Origin: Octopus sinensis
Lineage: Eukaryota
Direction of reading: 5' to 3'
NCBI RefSeq assembly: GCF_006345805.1
Contig: NC_042997.1
Location: forward strand, 117,676,001-117,740,000
DNA: 64,000 nucleotides
Below, in pieces: positions 48,867 through 62,168 of this stretch. The translations under genes were made by a program, and so were the position numbers. The notes below the pieces were generated by a model, which ran no database searches, was not told where the DNA came from, and was given only the letters and a program-made list of their open reading frames with translations. The number at the start of each line of letters is the position of its first letter. Position 1 is the first letter of the stretch.

Positions 48867-50316
48867 AAGCACCAACCGAACGTGGAAGTTGCCAGCCTCC
48901 CCTGGCCCCTGTGCCAGTGGCACGTAAAAAACACCCACTACACTCACGGAGTGGTTGGTGTGAGGAAGGGCATCCAGCTGTAGAAACACTGCCAGATCAG
49001 ACTGGAACTTAGTACAGCCTCCAGGCTTCCCAGACCCCGGTCAAACTGTCCAACTCATGCTAGCATGGAAAACGGACGTTAAACGATGATGATATATATA
49101 TATATATATGTAGGGTATTGCATCTAGAAAGTTCCCCTCCGAGGCACAAGTCCAGGCAAGGTTGTTTATAGAAGACCAGCAATCGCCCATGCATACCAGC
49201 CTCCGCTCTCCTTGCCACTGATGTTACCCAAGAGAAAGGCAAAAGCCAACACAGCTGGATACATATCATGACTCATTTCTACAGCTGAGTGAACTGGAAC
49301 AACATGAAATAATGTGTCTTGCTCAAGAACATAACACACACCCAGGTCTGGGAATCGAACTCACTACCTCATGATTGTGAGCGTAATGCTCTAACCACTG
49401 AACCACAAACCTTCACATACATCTATTTCTACCATATAAAGTTTACTCTATGCTTTGAATCACTGTTCACTCATCTTAGAATGCTTTTAATATACATTTT
49501 GTTTCATGTACTTTCATCTGTCTTACAGTTCTATAGTAGCAACTCTTTCCATGAAACTTTTGGGGAAACATGGTCACCCAACACTTTGCTTCTGCTCTCA
49601 GCTTCCATCTTGAGAGAGGGTAAAAAGATTCAAGCGAGGTTATTGCCAGTATCACTTGACTGGCCCCCGTGCCGGTGGCACGTAAAAAGCACCCACTACA
49701 CTCTCGGAGTGGTAGGCGTTAGGAAAGGCATCCAGCAGTAGAAACTCTGCTAAATCAAGATTGGAGCCTGGTGCAGCCATCTGGTTTGCCAGCCCTCAGT
49801 CAAAATCGTCCAACCCATGCTAGCATGGAAAGCGGACGTTAAACGAATATGACAATACCTCCTCTTTTGTTATGGTAAAAGTCAATGTTATCCCTGAATG
49901 TTGCTGAAATAAAAACCATTATTCTAAAATACAACAAATCCCACCTAAAGTCAACTGCATTATGTGGAAACTATAAATACAAAATAGTTAAGGAGGAAGG
50001 GAGCACTAACAATTTGAATGTTTCTACCATTACTAAATATCACCAATGAAAAGCCAACAAATGTGCTGAGCCAATGACGGGTCTCTACATAGTTGCTTCA
50101 TTTACTAGAAAGAGCAACCAAATTAAAATAATATACACAAAACATCTAGATAAAGAATACCCATTGGCCCCAGCTTAATGACTCTGGATCAAAGGTTTGC
50201 AGGATCAAGATTGACTTAGGGGCTACCCAACAACCGCAACACCCCAAGTGTGCTGACAAATTACACACTAAAGCGAGATTGTTTCTAAATCTACACAAAC
50301 AAGACAATGTTATTAC

Positions 50317-50463
50317 CTTCTTGAATTTCTTCTTCAACTCAGCTGGTGTTTCTGAACGAGGCTGTAAACCAGTATTTGGACGGTAGACGTGGTACATCCT
50401 CTCTTTCTTCTTCACTGATGTTGGCATAACAGCAAGCACAGCAGTCTTTTTACCATTTCTCAT
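50317..50463 (-). CDS. SBNO1: Strawberry notch ortholog exon
   Basis: MRNGKKTAVLAVMPTSVKKKERMYHVYRPNTGLQPRSETPAELKKKFKK; AG/GT, 147 nt. Confidence 0.93.
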
Positions 50464-50480
50464 CTTTGAAAGAAACAGAG

Positions 50481-50511
<31 letters not shown>

Positions 50512-51198
50512 GTAGTAATCCTTTGTACTATAGGCACAGGACTAGAAATTGGGTGGGGTAGTCAATTACATTGACTCCAGTGTGTAACTGGTACTTATTT
50601 CACTGACCCTGAAAGGATGAAAGGCAAAGTCTATCTCAGCGGAATCTGAACTTATAACACAAGCAATTTGTCTGGCATGCTAACAATTTTGTCAGCTCGC
50701 CATCTTAATAATAATCTTTTCTGCTGTAGGCACAAGGCCTGAAATTCTGGGGGAGGAGGCTAGCCGATTACATTGACCCCAGTCCTCAACTGGTACTTAA
50801 TTTATCGACCTTGAAAGGATGAAAGGCAAAGTCGACCTCGGTGAAATCTGAACTCAGAATGTAGTGACGGGTGAAATACCAATAAGCATTTTTTAATAAT
50901 AAGAATAATAAATCATAAGAAAAAATAACATTTTAAAATATTTCATTTTTCTTTCATTTAACGAATCTAGCTGATTGACTGATCAAACAATTAATCAACC
51001 AATTGATTAATTGGATAAATGTTAACATATTTACTACTGTGATACATCATGTAAATTTCCTAACTCTTTCATTCTTTAAGACCACCAAAAAGTCGTCATA
51101 CACTAGTTGAAGCCATCCCCAAAATATAATTCTTGGTAAAGCATTTTTACTAAACTTAAAAAAGAAATAAAAAAGGTAAAAATATGTAGACCACAGAC

Positions 51199-51291
51199 CT
51201 GTGCCGATAGATAAAATCCATCATCTTGACCTTTGCATTCTTTCCAAATATCTATTGCTTGATTCCAGGACAATCCACGCTCCACACTTAC
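51199..51291 (-). CDS. SBNO1: Strawberry notch ortholog exon
   Basis: [31 protein letters not shown]; AG/GT, 93 nt. Confidence 0.93.
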
Positions 51292-51486
51292 CTAGAAATT
51301 TAATTAAAATGCATGAAAAGTGAGAAAGAGAAGAAAAAGAACAGACAAATAGAGTGGTGATGGTGGAAGAGGACAAGCAGCAGTAGCAAGCATGTGTGCT
51401 TCCTTTGCAAAGACTACATTTTTAGTGTCCTCTCTTCCTTACATAGCAAGGTTAATTATCAGAAACACATCATATATATATATATA

Positions 51487-51965
51487 TTAGAAATATTGAA
51501 TCTCTAAATGTCTCAAAGAGACATGAGTGGTGGTGGAGCGATAGAGTGGTTACATACTGTCAACATAACGTGACAGTCCCGTAAAGGAAATTACACCACC
51601 GCTATATAGCCCTAGGAAGCATCGACGCTTCCTGTCGGCTATGACACATTTCCTGTGTCTTTATATTTGCGAAGGGGAGGCAAGCACCCCCACCAGCTAG
51701 GACTAGCAACCTGAAGACATGCATGTTTCTGGGTCTTGCCTGTCATCAGTCCAGGATAGCAAGTCCTGCTAGTCGAGATACCTGCCAAGCCTTCGCAAAT
51801 ATATATATTTACAGTGAAATCTATTCACTGGTCACTGTAATTAGAAATATTGAATTTCTAAATGTCTCAAAGAGACATGAGCGGTGCACTATTTAGCCCT
51901 AGGAAGCATCGACGCTTCCTGTCGGCTTTGACACATTTCCTGTGTCCTTATATTTGCAAAGGGGT
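51487..51965 (-). mobile_element. Hammerhead-containing retrozyme-like element, locus 2 (direct tandem, period 354 nt), in an SBNO1 intron
   Basis: TTAGAAATATTGAAT...CTAAATGTCTCAAAGAGACATGAG starts at 51487 and again at 51841; the second unit is internally deleted and truncated. Homologous to 35794-36423. Confidence 0.8.
51710..51755 (-). ncRNA. Type I hammerhead ribozyme (stem II weakened)
   Basis: CCTGGA-CTGATGA-CAGG-CAAGA-CCCA-GAAA-CATGCATG-TC-TTCAGG: stem I, canonical core, palindromic ACATGCATGT helix III and GUC. Confidence 0.72.
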
Positions 51966-52842
51966 GGGGGTGCGACGAAAATTTTAGGAAAATAAATATA
52001 AGAAATAAATGGAAATTTTACCGGTGAGTGTGTTACATTATAAGGCACAAAAAGAAAATGACTCTCCCCAGACACAACAGAAATTCAATAAAGTTACCTA
52101 CCCATTTAAGTTTCTAAAAATTATGAACCTTTTTGATACCAAGTCATCAGAGATCAACCTTAGTTCTATGATACAAGCTTTCTATTTAAATCCTTTAGCA
52201 TTTAGACTGGCCATATCCAACCCAAATATGCTTCCTGTTTCATGATCTAGTCTGCCAGAGTCAGCCTATCACACCTACCCTTCAATGCCATTATAAAGTA
52301 TACCATCACATTGTGAAAATTCTGAAGCTACAAAATAATGCAGGATTAATTAAAAACAATTTGAATAAAAAAAAATTACATTTGACAGAATAATTTGAAT
52401 GTCAAAGGGTTAAAGTGAACTAAATTTAAGCGTTCTATCAAAAGTTTTATGTTAATTATTTCTTTATTGCCCACAAGGGGCTAAACATAGAAGGGACAAA
52501 CAAGGACAGACAAAGGGATTAAGTCGATTACATCGACCCCAGTGCTCAGCTGGTACTTAATTTATAGACCCTGAAAGGATGAAAGGCAAAGTCAACCTTG
52601 GCGGAATTTGAACGCACCAGACAAAATACGGCTAAGCATTTCGCCAGGCAAGTTCCAAAACACCAGCTTAATAATGGCAGATATTTCTTGTATTTTTCAT
52701 TGTTTTCCAAATAAATCGAAACAATGGCAGTGTATTGCAACATAAATATGGTAACAAAAGAGAAAAAAATTCAAAATAAAGAATCTAGCAAGAATTAGTT
52801 CAATCCTACTAATTCAAGATGAACCAAAAAGATAAAACTCAC

Positions 52843-52937
52843 TGTATGCAACTCAGTTCTGGCTTTGTTCAAATCAGTGTTACCAACAAATATTTTAGAT
52901 TCCAGTTTTTTAACGCTTTCTCCTCCAGAACCCAAAT
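52843..52937 (-). CDS. SBNO1: Strawberry notch ortholog exon
   Basis: AT+LGSGGESVKKLESKIFVGNTDLNKARTELHT; AG/GT, 95 nt. Confidence 0.9.
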
Positions 52938-53196
52938 CTAAAGAAAAGAATAAGATTAAAAGACAATGGTTAGAAATGAATTCATTTCTTTCAAATCAAA
53001 ACAAGGGACAGAAAGAAAAAGCAATCTAACCACAGGTGCAGGCATGGCTGTGTGGTTGAGAAGCTTACTTCACAACCTTGTGCTTTTTGGTTCAATCTCA
53101 GTGTGCAACACCTTGAGCAGGTGTCATCTAGAGTAGTCTCAAGTTGACCAGTGCTTTGTGAAGGAGTTTATAGGCAGAAACCATTAAGAAGCCTTT

Positions 53197-53236
<40 letters not shown>

Positions 53237-53377
53237 ACCACAACTTGTCAGCTGATATTGGTTTGTTTATGTCCTTATAACCAGTCATGGAGTTGGAAAC
53301 AATTAAGGGGTAACTGGAATCAGAGTAAGTAAAACTATATGGATTCTGACTCCGACTCACAATATATTTATTCTTTA

Positions 53378-53744
53378 ACTAGCACTATGACCCGGTAACA
53401 CCGGGTCATAGTGCTAGTGCATGCATATACAGCAGCGTGCGTGCGCTCATATACGCGAGTACTGTCCAAATCTCCGACCAATCGCATACAGCTAGCTGGC
53501 ATTCAATTGGTGTATCAAGTTTCCGGCATTTTGATTGGGCTTTGAATAGAAAATTCACAAAAAAAGTCACTTCTATTGATTTTTTAATGGCTTTGCGAAG
53601 TGACTGGGGAAATGTAAAGATGTGCATGATCACCCTTGGATGGTTTTGAATGACCATAGAAAGTGCAAACCCTCTAACTGAAAAATTGTGGATTTGTATA
53701 AAGGATACACACACAGACATTTTGCCATTTATATATATAGAGAT
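53378..53744 (+). mobile_element. Non-autonomous Helitron/Helentron-like element with a perfect 18-bp 5' hairpin
   Basis: ACTAGCACTATGACCCGG-taaca-CCGGGTCATAGTGCTAGT; ends ACACAGACA...TTTATATATATAGAGAT. Confidence 0.55.
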
Positions 53745-54300
53745 ATAAACCAGTTATAACATATAGGCCTACTCAAAGTACAAGCGTATGCATAAGCTTT
53801 ATGAGATATGGAGACCACAATCACTCAATTACATATAGAAGAGTCAGAGGTGCCAATAGTAGAGGAGTCAGAGTTTTTTGTTTCGACTCTCACAGCCCTG
53901 CCTGTAACTTAGCAGTTCAACAAGAGAGATCAACAGAATAAGTATCAGACTTAAGATAACTGCTGGGATTGATCTTATCAACTGGAATCTTTTCAAGGCA
54001 GTGCCCCAGCAGGGCCACACTCCAATGACTGCAAATAAAAGATATAAGTTCAAACTGATTGAACTTTTAATTCCCAGTTTCATACATTTAAGGTTTCTTA
54101 GATGTTGTCAGCCAGGAGAATGAACCGATGTAAATTGTATAGGAATGCGACAAGACAGCCATTTCAGGATTTGAAAAGCTGACTTTTGGTAACAAGCCAG
54201 TGGTGTTGTTAAGTCTTTATACTACTAGGCAGAGGAGCAATAACGGGAAAAACAAAATCAACATTGTTTCTAGTGTGTTAAAGTTCTGTACAGTACTCAC

Positions 54301-54447
54301 CCACGATACCCATGTCCCAGCGTCCATTTCTCTTTGCATCCAAGATAATAGCTGTTAATGTCTCTGAGAAGTATTTAAATAGAGAATTCTGTTGTTCCAC
54401 AGGCATTCCAAGGATTCTGTTTAAGAACTTACTGATGTTATTATATT
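54301..54447 (-). CDS. SBNO1: Strawberry notch ortholog exon
   Basis: AA+[48 protein letters not shown]+G; AG/GT, 147 nt. Confidence 0.95.
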
Positions 54448-54557
54448 CTGAAGAGAAAAGAAAAATCAGGGTTATTAATTAAAGGAAGTGAAATCTAACA
54501 AAAAGGAGGCATTAAAAGAAGTCTCTGGAAACTTTTTAAAAGATAAAACAAGAGTAC

Positions 54558-54632
54558 CTTTTTCTAAGAGGGGAGTTCCAAGACGTTCATCTACAGCTAT
54601 CATACCAACACCAATCAATGAATTCTTGATAT
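54558..54632 (-). CDS. SBNO1: Strawberry notch ortholog exon
   Basis: AT+IKNSLIGVGMIAVDERLGTPLLEK+G; AG/GT, 75 nt. Confidence 0.92.
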
Positions 54633-55796
54633 CTAAAATAATTGAAATAATAAGAAATTCAATTAAAGTATGGAAAAAATACACTTAAAAAAGTCATTCA
54701 ATGATTTCATTATTATTGTTGAAGGCAGCAAGCTGGAAAAATCGTTAGCATGTTGGACAAAATAATTAGTGGCATTTCATTTGTCTTTACATCCTGAGCT
54801 GAAATTCTGTTGAGGTCAACTTTGCCTTGCATTCTTTTGGGGTCAATAAATTTAGTAGCAGTCAAGCAGTGGGGTCAATGTAATCAACTAGTCCCCTCCC
54901 TCAAAATTTCAGGCATTGTGCCTATGGCAGAGAAGATTATTATTGTAGTTGTTAATATAAATTATGTAGCTAGCACCTTGAGGTAGACATTTTGCAATAA
55001 AAATCCAAAGCTATTTAATATTATATGACATGGCTCGAGAAAAGCATGATCTCAATAATTTTTCACGGCCACACTACTTTAGTTCTTACATTTCATAATG
55101 AAAAATAAACTAGTTACTAATTTAAATATCATATCCATCAGATGAGAATATTTAAGATGGTATTTCAACAGACGTATCATTAAGTCATCATCATCATTGT
55201 CGTTTAATGTCCACTTTCCATGCTGGCATGGGTTGGATGATTTGACTGAGGGCTAGCAAGCCAGAAGGCTGTACCAGGCTCTAATCTGGTCTGGCAGATT
55301 CTTATAAAAACAATTTGATTAGAAAATTCCAGACGTTTTAAAAAATAAAATGCACTCATCAAAGGGTCATTTTGGGCCTAACTAATTCAGAAGAGTTCCT
55401 TTCAAAATTACTTTTTTCATCTTTTAGTCAGGAATGAAGACAGTATCCCATGACCCTTTACAATGGCCAAAGATTGTAGGAGAGAGGATTAAAGGTATTA
55501 TCAAATCAGATGCCTGACCCAAATGCTTGCAACAGAGTGAACTCAACTTAAGAGTCCAAAGGATCAGGTGGTTGTGTTAAACCAGGCAACATATTCAGTA
55601 ATCCATTCAATCACAGTAAGGTTTCAATTTCTCTTTTGTCACCAGATTTCAGAATACCAAAAGCACATATTCTGCTGAGCCAGATATGTTGCAAGATCCA
55701 GACAAAAGTGGACCTATGCAGCTGCTAAGTGGAATCCAAGAGATTGGAAAAGCCCACTTGGAAGTGATGATCCTTCACAATGATGGGGAGACAATT

Positions 55797-56696
55797 TACT
55801 GGGTCATCCTATTAATAATGCAGTTTTTTCAATTGCATGAACTAAAAGTCAGAGGGGGACAAGATAAACTACCTGCATCAACTTTCTATAAAAGCAAGTA
55901 ATAATTTTACCTTGTCTTTATTCTTAGTGCAGTTTGATTTTAACATTTATTTCTTTAAAGCTATAATGGAAGTGACAAAGGAGCATATTCGGCATATTTT
56001 GTTTTATGAGTTCAATAAAGGCAACAATGCAATGGAAAGTGCGAGGAATATTAATGCAGTATATGGGGATCGGACAATAAGTGTAAGCCAGTATCAAAAG
56101 TGGTTCCAGAAATTCTGAGCCAGAAACTACAGCCTAGAAGGCAAGCCTCGTCCTGGAAGATCTGTAAAACTTGATGAGGACATCCTGTAACAAAATCCTA
56201 TCATGACTGTTGAGGAACTACAAGAGAAGCTTGGATTTGGTCATTCAACCATTCATCGACACCTGTATGCCATTGGAAAACAACCATCTTTGGTTTCAAG
56301 ATGAAAGGTGTTTTTCCATCAGGATAATACTCGGCCACATACAATGAGGATGACATTCTAAAGGCTGGAGCAATTTGAATGGAAAATGATGCCCCACACC
56401 ATATTCGCCAGACATTGCCTCATCTGATTATCATTTATTCTACAGTCTTCAAAATCATTTGGATGGGAAAAATGTGAATTCTGTAGACGAGGTTAGAACA
56501 GTACTGGAGGAATATTTTTTGTCACAGACAAGTGAATTTTGGAAGAGGGGCTTTGCAAGTCTTCCAGACAGATGGCAGAGCATTGTAGAAAATGAAGGAG
56601 AGTATATTTTAGATTAAAAAAAAAAAACTTTGTTTATCTTAATTTTGAAAAATAAAAGTATAAAACAAATCGCATTATTTATGGGATGACCCAATA
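55797..56696 (+). mobile_element. Internally deleted mariner element with transposase pseudogene
   Basis: TIRs TACTGGGTCATCC...ATAATGC / GCATTATTTATGGGATGACCCAATA. MEVTKEHIRHILFYEFNKG...WFQKF (HTH), HQDNTRPH and YSPDIASSDYHLF motifs, with stops and frameshifts. Confidence 0.9.
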
Positions 56697-57365
56697 GTTA
56701 AACAATATTAGTTAAGATGGAAAAGAAGAACACAATCAAGAAAGAAATGGAAATGCATTGTGACCTCCAATAGCCAGGTGAATACAGATGATTTCAATTG
56801 AAATATAGGCTTTATTTTAATTTATTTTTGAAACAATGAAAAATTTAATAAGATAACTTTTGATTTTATTAAGTTGATGTTTGAAACAAATTAATATTTC
56901 AATTTTATTTGAAGGTTTTATTGTAAAACTTCACTGCAAAACAGTCATGCTCTTGGGAGGCTTGGTATCAAAAGGATTAAATCAGTAAAACACTCAAACA
57001 AGCAGTGTCCTTTATGCCGCAAGTGTTGTACTGTACTATTTCATGGTGCCTATTTATAATGATATGGCCTGAGCCAGCAAACTCTATGCAGCTTGGTTAC
57101 AGATACAGAACAAAAACAATGATAGGATTGTTCTCTCTCTTATCACTGCTTGGATCCTTCAGTCACCAGTTTGATATGTGGTGAATTCAACCAGCTTCAT
57201 CTCCATGGGGGATAATTTGGGAGGTTTTTTAAAGATAGAAAAGCCATTATCCAGACAAAATGAATAAGAATTATTCGAGAAATTCATAGTTGTTGATTTT
57301 TTTTTCTCATAGCTCAAAATTAAAAGGAATTGGCAAAAAAAAAAAAAATGCATTATATAATTTAC

Positions 57366-57465
57366 CTTCAAAGAAATCTCCAGAATATTCTGATGGTGTT
57401 GCAACAAGTGGAGCTTCGTATCTCAGTACGGATTTCATCACTGCTTCCAAAGCAGTTCTGCCATA
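57366..57465 (-). CDS. SBNO1: Strawberry notch ortholog exon
   Basis: [33 protein letters not shown]+G; AG/GT, 100 nt. Confidence 0.93.
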
Positions 57466-58182
57466 CTAAAAAGGAAATGTAAAAACAACTTCGGTCAACA
57501 AGAAAATCAACAAGCTCTCTTACTACATACGAGGGAATGTACATGGCTTAGTCGTTAGTAGTATTCAGTTCAAAATTGTAAATTCCCGAGTTCAATTCCC
57601 TACAGTGCATTATGTCCTTGAGCAAGACATTACTTCATGTTGCTCCAGTCCACTCTGCGGGCTAAAATGAGTTGTACCTGTATTTTTTTTTTGTTGTTGT
57701 CTTGCAAGTACTTGGTGACCCTGTCAGTGCAGCTGCCACTTAAAAGCACCCAGTCCACCGTGAAAACAATTTCATAAAAATTGCAAGTTTAATACTGTAT
57801 ACTTGTACATGAAGTTGTAAATGTAAAAACTGGGTCATCTTCAACAGAATTTCTTAGTTTGTCATACATATATATTTTAGCTAACATTTTAATTGCCAGC
57901 ATCAGTACTCGGTACACATTTAAGATATGGTACAGTAGGGTAGGGAATTAAGATATTTTAAATGCGGAAGAAGAAGTAGCTAAAGGGGGTCGATGGTAGA
58001 AAAAGTTTGGTGACCCCTGGTTTAGACTATGCTAGTAAGGAAAACTGAACATAGAACAGAAAGAAATGATATACATATGCGCACGCACACACACACACAC
58101 AGCCATGCATATAAGACACACACTTGTGCACACACATACACACATGAGAGAGAGAAAAGAATGTGAAAAATAGAAAACTTAC

Positions 58183-58254
58183 TTTGTTATCAAAGTTAAA
58201 ACGACTTAAATCTCTCGTTTCTGTTGCTCGCCGGTCACCATGTGTCAAGGCGCC
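58183..58254 (-). CDS. SBNO1: Strawberry notch ortholog exon
   Basis: [24 protein letters not shown]; AG/GT, 72 nt. Confidence 0.96.
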
Positions 58255-58318
58255 CTAGAAAAATAAATTGTTTACTTTTTCTTAAGTAAAAAAAAAAACC
58301 ATTTAAAAAAGCCTTTAA

Positions 58319-58539
58319 CCCTTTCGTTGCTGTATTCATTTTGAGATGCTCTGTATTCCTTTCAATTACTTTAAATATATCAAAGAATTTAGTAAAATAA
58401 TTTGGTTATCATTAAGCTAGTGTTAGGAACCATAAATTGTGAGTAAGGTTTGGTGGAAGATTTTAATTGATAATTTATGAAAACAAGACATTTGTACTCA
58501 GAGCTAGGGGCAGTTTCAGCTGGGTTGGTAACGAAAGGG
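58319..58539. mobile_element. piggyBac-like MITE
   Basis: TTAA|CCCTTTCGTT...AACGAAAGGG|TTAA. Confidence 0.8.
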
Positions 58540-59024
58540 TTAAGACAGTCAAGATCATTTCCATATGTCAGTGAAAAATTGTGAGTATATGTGCATGTTT
58601 GCTTAAAACAAAACACAGCTATTTTAAGATTATGATCATGGGACCAAAAGAAAATCACATTATCTCTATGGTCATCAGTTATACTTTGATAATACATATT
58701 CTTATTTTCAGAATTAAATATCCCAAACTCAAAGATGAAATATGTTGAACAAGCTTATATACAATGGTGCTCCTTTCAAACCACTAATGTGTAGACCAAT
58801 CAGATTGCTAACACAGGATCTTTAGACATGTCTTTGTATCCCTAGACATCACACACACACACAAACAACAACAATGGTTTCAAATTTTAGCACAAGGCCA
58901 GCAATTTTGGGAGTGGTGGGTAAGTCAAATCCATCAACTCCAAAAAGGATGAAAGGCAAAGTCAACCTTGGCCAAATTTGAAGTCAGAATGTAAGACAAC
59001 AAAAATAAATGGAATATTACTTAC

Positions 59025-59137
59025 TAGACTTTCAAGTCTTTTGGCAACTGTAGAAGCAAATCTCCGTTCTCCTGCTAGCTCTGATATGAGGAATATGTAT
59101 TCGGGAGCGCTAACTTGATTTGATCGATGTGTCCGAC
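59025..59137 (-). CDS. SBNO1: Strawberry notch ortholog exon (helicase-C-like region)
   Basis: GT+[37 protein letters not shown]; AG/GT, 113 nt. Confidence 0.96.
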
Positions 59138-61620
59138 CTGTAAGGACAAAAGTCAGAGGACAAATGAAAAGGACGTCACATATAAATACACATGCATACA
59201 TCCCAGTCATAAGCAATAGAAGCAGTATTAAATTAAAATAGCCATTTATATATCATACTTAATTTAAATACTTCACTGGAAGGCAAATTTACAACAGCTG
59301 TTGTCAATGGCCTGAGCTCATGCAGTGAGTACATGCCACCGACAAGGTCCAAGAAAGCCGAAATGCATCTGGAGCTTTTGCTGGCTGTTGGTGGAATGAT
59401 TTTCATCTCCCTCTGATATATAATGTATTTTTTAAACAAAGTACATCCATAAGAGATGTATTCTCTGAACGAATACAGCAGTAAATTTGCCTTTCACTCA
59501 TGTATCTACATTAAATATGATACACAGATGGCAGTGTGTGTGTGTGTATCCAGGGATGGACTCACACACAAACACACCATCATCGTCATCATTAAACATT
59601 CGTTTTCCAAGCTGGCATAAATCGGCTGATTTGACCAGGGCCAGCAAGCTGGAGAGCTGAGCAAGGTTCCAGTCTGCTTCAGCTTCATTTCTACTGCTGG
59701 GTGCCCTTCCTAATGCCAACAATTTTAGAGTATGCTGAGTGCTTTTTATGTTGCACCAGCACTTTTAACATAACCCAGCATGGGTGCTTTTTACATGGCG
59801 TCAGCAAAGGCACTTTTTACGCAGCACTACATACAATTTATAATTTCCTAAAGAGGAATCATTAAATTTTTAAATAATTGACTAAGTTACTATTAATTTC
59901 TTACATGAGCACAAAACCATAAATCTGTAGAAAGGAGAGCACAAAGGCTGAATCCATCCCCAGTGTAAGACAGATACTTATTTCAGGAACTTTGTAGAAA
60001 TGAAAGGCAAAATCAATTCTGGAAGAATTTCAACTCAGAATAGAGAAAGATGAAACTAAATACTCAAAGAACTGAGATTTTCTATCATTTCTGGCATTTG
60101 TCTTAATTGTTTAATTAATACTAATATTACCTAACAGGGTGTGAATCTGAAATTTACTAGTTAACCACATGGTTTTGAGCTTCATGTCATTGTGAGGCAG
60201 CTCCAGCAAGGGCCTTCCAATCTAACCTCAAGCTGACCAATGTTTTCTGAATGAAACTCTCTTCACATGACAAAGTTTGAATGATGGTGATGACAGGTTC
60301 ACATCTTTTATAAGCAAAACATCTTAGCATTTGGCTGCTTCAATATGTGAAGACCCAGTAAGTAAAATAAAAAAATACCTTGCATGAAAAGCAGGTGTGG
60401 GCTAGTGACAGAAAGGGTATCTGGCCATCATAGAACATTGATTTAAAATAAGCCTTTCTGACCCATGTCAATATGGAAAAGACTGGCAGAGAGAGATAGA
60501 TAGGCAGACAGAAAGAGATATTTGTAGACTTGAAATCAGTGTAAAGGCAGATCAATCAATTTTTACTTTCAAAAGTTGTTATAACTATTTTACATTGTAG
60601 TCTGGTAGAAATTGGGCTTTTAAGAAACACAACCAACTGAACTTTTCAACGTCTCAGAGTACAGCATCACATACAACTAGATTCTTGTTCAATTTTTACC
60701 TACTGACCTCCATCCTCTCACTCTCCTATTTGATCAACATGCATAACAAAGGATGGCTTTTGATTTGTTTGTATTCAATTTCTTCCCAATCATACGTTAT
60801 CATTCTACTTCTCTTCCTTCATCACCCTGATGTCAGTTTATACATCCTCCTATTAAGAGACCAGTGTAACGAGGAACGGTAGAAAATTTACTGTTACCCT
60901 TCTCTACCCCAAAGTGACACTTCATTGATGTCTGCCACTAGCTCTTATCATCACCCATCATCATTGGTGTCATTTAAGGCCCACTTTTCCATGCTTGAAT
61001 GGGTCAGACAGCATTCAATGAAGTAGATTTTCCATGACCAGATGCCCTTCCTGTCAACAACCCTCACCTGTTTCCAACCAAAGTAATATTTTCCCATGGC
61101 TAGACATGTTCTATGAGGAAGACTGAAAACAAAAACCAACCCCACTTGAATGACAGTGATGCTCATTTACAACCATCACATGATGTCTATACAAGTTTTA
61201 CACACACACACACTCATCACCACCATCATCAAACATCCATTGTCCATGCTAGTGGATAGTTTAACCCTTTAGTGTTCAGATTACTCTTCAGATGCAAAGC
61301 TTATTTATTCACATTGTTTTCAATTAATCAAATATTATCTAATAGCTTTGAGATTTCAATGATGAGATTATTTTTAGAATGAGACAGAAGGGTAGGTGGG
61401 AGAGGCTGGATCTGGCCAGTTTGAACACAAAACAGTTAAAATATTTGGTTCAGATATGGCCAGTTTAAATACTAAAGGAATAAGCAGAGCTGGCAAGCTG
61501 CACCAGACGCCAGTCTGATTTGGCATGGTTTCTACAGCTTGATGCCCTTCCTAATGCCAACTACTCAGAGCTTGAGTGATTTAACATGGCACCACATGGG
61601 TACATATATATATATATATA

Positions 61621-61866
61621 TGAAAGAAGGTTTGAAAATGCAATTTTAAAAGATGTTTATTCACTTGACCGGTTTACAAGTAAACTGTTTTTAACATTTT
61701 CTCATTATTATCAAAGAATGTATATATGTATTGTAATATTTTGTGACAATCAGTACTTAACACAACAAAGCTTTTACATGTTACTTTTGACAATCTTTTT
61801 CTAAAAAAGTGAAACCGGTCAAGTGAATAAACATCTTTTAAAATTGCATTTTCAAACCTTCTTTCA
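61621..61866. mobile_element. MITE with ~55-bp terminal inverted repeats, TA-flanked
   Basis: TGAAAGAAGGTTTGAAAATGCAATTTTAAAAGATGTTTATTCACTTGACCGGTTT (61621-61675) is the reverse complement of 61812-61866. Confidence 0.85.
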
Positions 61867-61909
61867 TATATAATTCCACTTGTGCGATACCAAACAACTT
61901 CACATTGTC

Positions 61910-61956
<47 letters not shown>

Positions 61957-62032
61957 CACACACACACACACCAGGCTTCTTTCAGTTCTCATCTACCAAA
62001 GCCATACAGTTGCACTTAACCACAAAACTTAC

Positions 62033-62168
62033 CAAACTGCTGTATAGCTCTATCTGCACTCCAAGGTAATTCCAATGTTATATGAACTCTTCTCTTTTGA
62101 TTCCGAGCTCTTCGATCGGCTTGAAGTGAAATTCCTGAACTGGCAGCTTCAGATATGATAGCAATGTT
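62033..62168 (-). CDS. SBNO1: Strawberry notch ortholog exon
   Basis: [45 protein letters not shown]+G; AG/GT, 136 nt; near-identical to the SBNO1 motif. Confidence 0.97.
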
